Assembly (NCBI GenBank): GCA_963674745.2
Contig: CAXXDV010000003.1
Location: 1,728,001 to 1,792,000 of the forward strand
Reading direction: 5' to 3'
DNA length: 64,000 bases
DNA from: Desulfosudaceae bacterium
GTDB taxonomy: Bacteria; Desulfobacterota; Desulfobacteria; Desulfobacterales; Desulfosudaceae
Below the pieces are notes generated by a model. It was given only the letters and a program-made list of their open reading frames with translations, ran no database searches and had not been told where the DNA came from. Position numbers and translations under genes: made by a program. Positions 60,603-64,000 of the stretch are shown here, piece after piece (the stretch's first letter is position 1; every line of letters begins with the position of its first letter).

Positions 60603-62816
60603 ATGACAAAACCGATTCATCCGGCAATAAAAATAAACTTGATACTTCTGGCAATCTGTCTGGCATTTTTCTCCGGATGTTCCGGCGGCGGATCGTCCGG
60701 CAGCAGTAATGAAGATGATTCCAGCATTGCTGACACAGAAACCGGGACAAGTTCCGGCCCCCTGGTGATCAATGAAATCGTTGCAAAAGCAACAGAAGGC
60801 GGCAACGACTGGATCGAGTTCTATGTTTCCGGATCAAACGAAGTAAATTTAAACGACTACACTGTTAGTGACGATAATGAGGAGAATGAACCCGTCGCAC
60901 TGCCGGTAGTCATATTAACGCCGGGAGAATTTTATGTAATTCAGGCCACAGACGATCCTCCGGAAGACGGGTCCGATTATGTGCCCATAAAACTGGGATC
61001 AGATGACTGTGTTAAACTGTTTCAGGGAAATGACCTGATTGACAAACTGGACTGGGATGATGGTGACGCACTGATCGGTTACAGCTATGGCTGTTATCCG
61101 GACGGTTCTAAAAATACGCAGACACTTTCTCCGACTCCGGGATATGAAAATACACCCGCCACACGCGGTCAGCTGGTGATCAATGAAATCATGTGCAAAG
61201 ACAGTGACGGCGGGTTTGACTGGTTTGAGCTGTACAATGCCGGCAATACGGTCGTAAATCCCGGAGATTACCTTATCGTAGACGACGACAAAGACCAGGA
61301 ACCGGCGGCTTTGCCGGATGTGGCCCTTGCTCCGGGCACATTTCTGGTAGTGTACGCAACAGGTGAGGATACCGATCAGACGCTTTATTCGGTCAAATTT
61401 AAACTGGGCGCTTCTGACAGCCTGAGCCTGATGTTAAACGATGAAGTTGTCGATTATATGGAATGGCAGAATTCAGATGCGCCGGAAGGGTTTTCTTATG
61501 GCCTGTATCCGGATGGGTCCTGGGATCATCAGACGCTGGAGGTAACGCCTTCTGCTGCAAATGAACCGGTTGATTTTTTCTCCGAAGATACGGTTGAAAA
61601 AATATATATCGACATGAGCCAGACAGACTGGAACAGTATTCTCGGCAATCCCATGGCTGAAGAATACCACCCTGCTTCCATTACCTATCGGGATGTCACT
61701 TTGGAAGATGTGGCTTTCCGGACCAAGGGCAATTCCAGCCTGAAACATGTTGCCACTACCAACAGCACCAGATTCAGCTTCAAAGTGGATATGAACTATT
61801 ACGTGGACGGCCAGAAGCTGCTGGGCATGAAAAAGATCAACCTGAACAATAATTTTAAAGACCCGTCTTACATGAGAGAGCGTATTGCCTATGATATGCT
61901 GCGTTCTCTTGATGTCCCGGCCCCGCGGCTTTCATATGTAAACCTTTACATCAACGGTTCGCTGCATGGCCTGTACACACTTGTGGAACAGGTTGACAGT
62001 GAATTTTTAGAGAAAAATTTTGATAATTCCGAAGGCGATCTTTACAAGCCGGACGGCACGGGCAGCGACCTGCTATGGCGGGGGACAAATTTTGCCTCAT
62101 ATTCAGGGGTTGAGCTGAAAACCAATGAAGAAAGTACTGAAAATGCCGCGTTTATTAACATGATTGATGAATTAGACAATGGTAATAACCTTGAATCAGT
62201 AATCGATGTGGATGAAGTCCTCCGGTACCTGGCGGTCAGCACCGCCTTGTCCAACCTGGACAGTTACCAGGGGCCGCTGGCGCACAACTACTACATATAT
62301 GAACAGGACGGTGTATTTTCCATCATCCCCTGGGATTTTAACGAGTCCTTCGGCTCTTTTACCATGGGCTGCCAGGACAGCAATGCCATGATCAGCCTCT
62401 ATATTGACGAGCCGACTTCCAGCACTCTGGCCGACCGGCCCCTTATTGCCAGGCTGCTTGAACAGGAAAATTATAAAGCCACTTATCACGAATACATTGA
62501 AGACCTGATATACGGGGTCATGAACCCGGCCATCATTGCCTGGACCATTGAGAATACGAAAAACCTGATCAGCAGCCATGTGGCCAATGATCCCACCGCC
62601 TTTTTTTCCTATGCGGAATTTGAAGCATCCCTGGGATACGTTAATATCGGAGAAATCTTCGGGCTGCAGAATTTTGTGGATAACCGCACGGAAAACATGA
62701 TCGAGCAGCTTTCAGGCATTGAACCCTCTTCCGGGGACGGAAGCGGAAGCTGTGGGGGCCAGGTAAATCCCGGCATGCCGGGTGGCGGACCGGGTATGCC
62801 GCCGCCCAGGCCTTAA
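60603..62816 (+). CDS. CotH-family kinase lipoprotein with two lamin-tail domains
   Basis: Lipobox FSGC; two LVINEI..DW(I/F)E repeats; RTKGNSS, SFKVD, YTLVEQVD, NLDSY..HNYY, IPWDFNESFG. Confidence 0.88.
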   Translation: MTKPIHPAIKINLILLAICLAFFSGCSGGGSSGSSNEDDSSIADTETGTSSGPLVINEIVAKATEGGNDWIEFYVSGSNEVNLNDYTVSDDNEENEPVALPVVILTPGEFYVIQATDDPPEDGSDYVPIKLGSDDCVKLFQGNDLIDKLDWDDGDALIGYSYGCYPDGSKNTQTLSPTPGYENTPATRGQLVINEIMCKDSDGGFDWFELYNAGNTVVNPGDYLIVDDDKDQEPAALPDVALAPGTFLVVYATGEDTDQTLYSVKFKLGASDSLSLMLNDEVVDYMEWQNSDAPEGFSYGLYPDGSWDHQTLEVTPSAANEPVDFFSEDTVEKIYIDMSQTDWNSILGNPMAEEYHPASITYRDVTLEDVAFRTKGNSSLKHVATTNSTRFSFKVDMNYYVDGQKLLGMKKINLNNNFKDPSYMRERIAYDMLRSLDVPAPRLSYVNLYINGSLHGLYTLVEQVDSEFLEKNFDNSEGDLYKPDGTGSDLLWRGTNFASYSGVELKTNEESTENAAFINMIDELDNGNNLESVIDVDEVLRYLAVSTALSNLDSYQGPLAHNYYIYEQDGVFSIIPWDFNESFGSFTMGCQDSNAMISLYIDEPTSSTLADRPLIARLLEQENYKATYHEYIEDLIYGVMNPAIIAWTIENTKNLISSHVANDPTAFFSYAEFEASLGYVNIGEIFGLQNFVDNRTENMIEQLSGIEPSSGDGSGSCGGQVNPGMPGGGPGMPPPRP

Positions 62817-62891
62817 TGCCGTTTCAGCACGCTTCAACTACTTTAATTAACCGGGGACTTTGTTATGCTGATTGACTCAGGAGTAAGCGAT

Positions 62892-63797
62892 ATGAAAACA
62901 AATAATGCCTTGCTGCAACACAGTTTTGAAGCCGGTAAACAGATTGTCGAACCCAACATAAGCCGAAAAGCAATTATGAAAAATTATCGGATTGAGTCTT
63001 TGCTGTCACGATTCAAGCCCCATCGTCTTGATGATCTGAACAATGCCGGCTTGATGAGTCGGGTGGATACAAAATATCTTCTGCCAAACAACAATCTGGA
63101 AAAATTACTGTCGATTCTTTCACCTTTCTATACCGTACTGGAAATAAACTTTTCACGAATATTTCCCTACCAGACGACTTATTTTGACACCTCCGAATTT
63201 GACTTTTATCTGATGCATCATAACGGCAAACAAAACAGGTTTAAAATCCGCCATCGATTATATGTTGATTCCGGTGATCAGTATGTAGAGGTGAAACATA
63301 AAACAAACAAACGGGTAACCCAAAAAGAGCGAATTCTCATCAATGGTAACAGCATCAACAGAGAAGGCCTTAACAATCTGGTTTCCAGGCCGTTTGAAGG
63401 GAACCGGGCACAGCTCTTCAAAACCCTGGTCTGCTCATACGTCAGAATTGCCATGGCAGATGAAAAAAATGGAGAACGGTTGACACTGGATTTTGACCTG
63501 TCGTTTAACGATCCGGATCAGACGCGTTTAAAACAATTAGATCAGGTTTTGATCGCGGAAGTAAAGAGAAGCAGCGTTAAAGCTTCTTCCCGGTTTATGG
63601 ACTTGATGGACCAATTCCGGCATAAACCTGTTTCTTTCTCCAAATACTGCATTGGCTGTGCCCTGCTTCATCCAGAGAGAATTAAGACCAATCGGTTTAA
63701 AGCAACCTTGATGGCCCTCGACAGGATTTCCCGCGAAAGGACCCTACCGGAGGCATTGACAAACAATATGGAGAATAAACATGTTCAACACGCTTGA
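62892..63797 (+). CDS. VTC (polyphosphate polymerase, CYTH/TTM fold) domain protein
   Basis: RVDTKY, YFDT..HHNG..RFKIRHRLY, VEVK, RLTLD, IAEVK, FSKYC; start uncertain (62865, 62892 or later). Confidence 0.85.
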   Translation: MKTNNALLQHSFEAGKQIVEPNISRKAIMKNYRIESLLSRFKPHRLDDLNNAGLMSRVDTKYLLPNNNLEKLLSILSPFYTVLEINFSRIFPYQTTYFDTSEFDFYLMHHNGKQNRFKIRHRLYVDSGDQYVEVKHKTNKRVTQKERILINGNSINREGLNNLVSRPFEGNRAQLFKTLVCSYVRIAMADEKNGERLTLDFDLSFNDPDQTRLKQLDQVLIAEVKRSSVKASSRFMDLMDQFRHKPVSFSKYCIGCALLHPERIKTNRFKATLMALDRISRERTLPEALTNNMENKHVQHA

Positions 63798-64000
63798 TAT
63801 TAATTTTTTGGGTCGGTTCCTGATCAACACGATGACGCTGTTTGTACTGGTGAAGTATTGTTATTATCGCCGGACACCCAACCGGGACTTCCTGTTCTCA
63901 TTCTTCCTGTTTGGAACCGGCGTATATATTGTGTCCTACCTGCTGCATAACGTCAAGGTGTCCATGGGATTCGCATTCGGTCTGTTTGCCATTTTTTCCA
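63781..64000 (+). CDS. DUF4956-family membrane protein, 3'-truncated by the window
   Basis: Manual translation MFNTLDINFLGRFLIN...YY...DFLFSFFLF...VSMGFAFGLFAIFS; RBS ggag; overlaps the VTC gene end. Confidence 0.8.
   Translation, partial: MFNTLDINFLGRFLINTMTLFVLVKYCYYRRTPNRDFLFSFFLFGTGVYIVSYLLHNVKVSMGFAFGLFAIFS

Noticed and set aside
1..64000. tRNA, rRNA, intact transposase/integrase, prophage genes, Sec/Pyl readthrough
   Set aside because: None recognised by eye; a tRNAscan/Rfam run would be needed to exclude small RNAs formally

Overview
Gene-dense bacterial chromosomal segment. Gene content suggests an anaerobic sulfate-reducer-like deltaproteobacterium (Desulfobacterales-type); this is an inference from the AOR, DUF362, corrinoid/MtaA pair, many hybrid kinases and intergenic repeat style. 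About 45 CDS, in order: TgpA-like transglutaminase; a pore-less voltage-sensor-like membrane protein coupled to a Cache-PAS hybrid kinase; MtaA-like methyltransferase plus corrinoid protein; ADP-forming acyl-CoA ligase alpha; CheY; AOR-ferredoxin-Ntn acylase; clostripain lipoprotein; FecR-TPR-beta-barrel plus CHASE2 adenylate cyclase (NsrA/CyaK-like); SDRs; Cys-rich soluble kinase; UvrD/PcrA; B12 radical SAM; uppP; DHH phosphoesterase; an RsmG-TrmH fusion; ProVWX plus porin; RluA; TMTC-like glycosyltransferase; GGDEF; RlmK-like; YeiH operon; YqeY; USP; MCP; orphan DctP. At the right end a BaeSR-like two-component system lies divergent from an operon encoding a Spy/CpxP-like protein, a small periplasmic protein, an LTD-CotH kinase lipoprotein, a VTC (polyphosphate polymerase) domain protein and a DUF4956 membrane protein (truncated by the window). 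This last cluster is the best candidate for an uncharacterised system. Intergenic DNA carries several REP/MITE-like repeat families and one roughly 50-bp hairpin with a poly-C loop. I saw no rRNA, tRNA, CRISPR array or intact transposase. All family calls come from motif recognition by eye, not from database searches.
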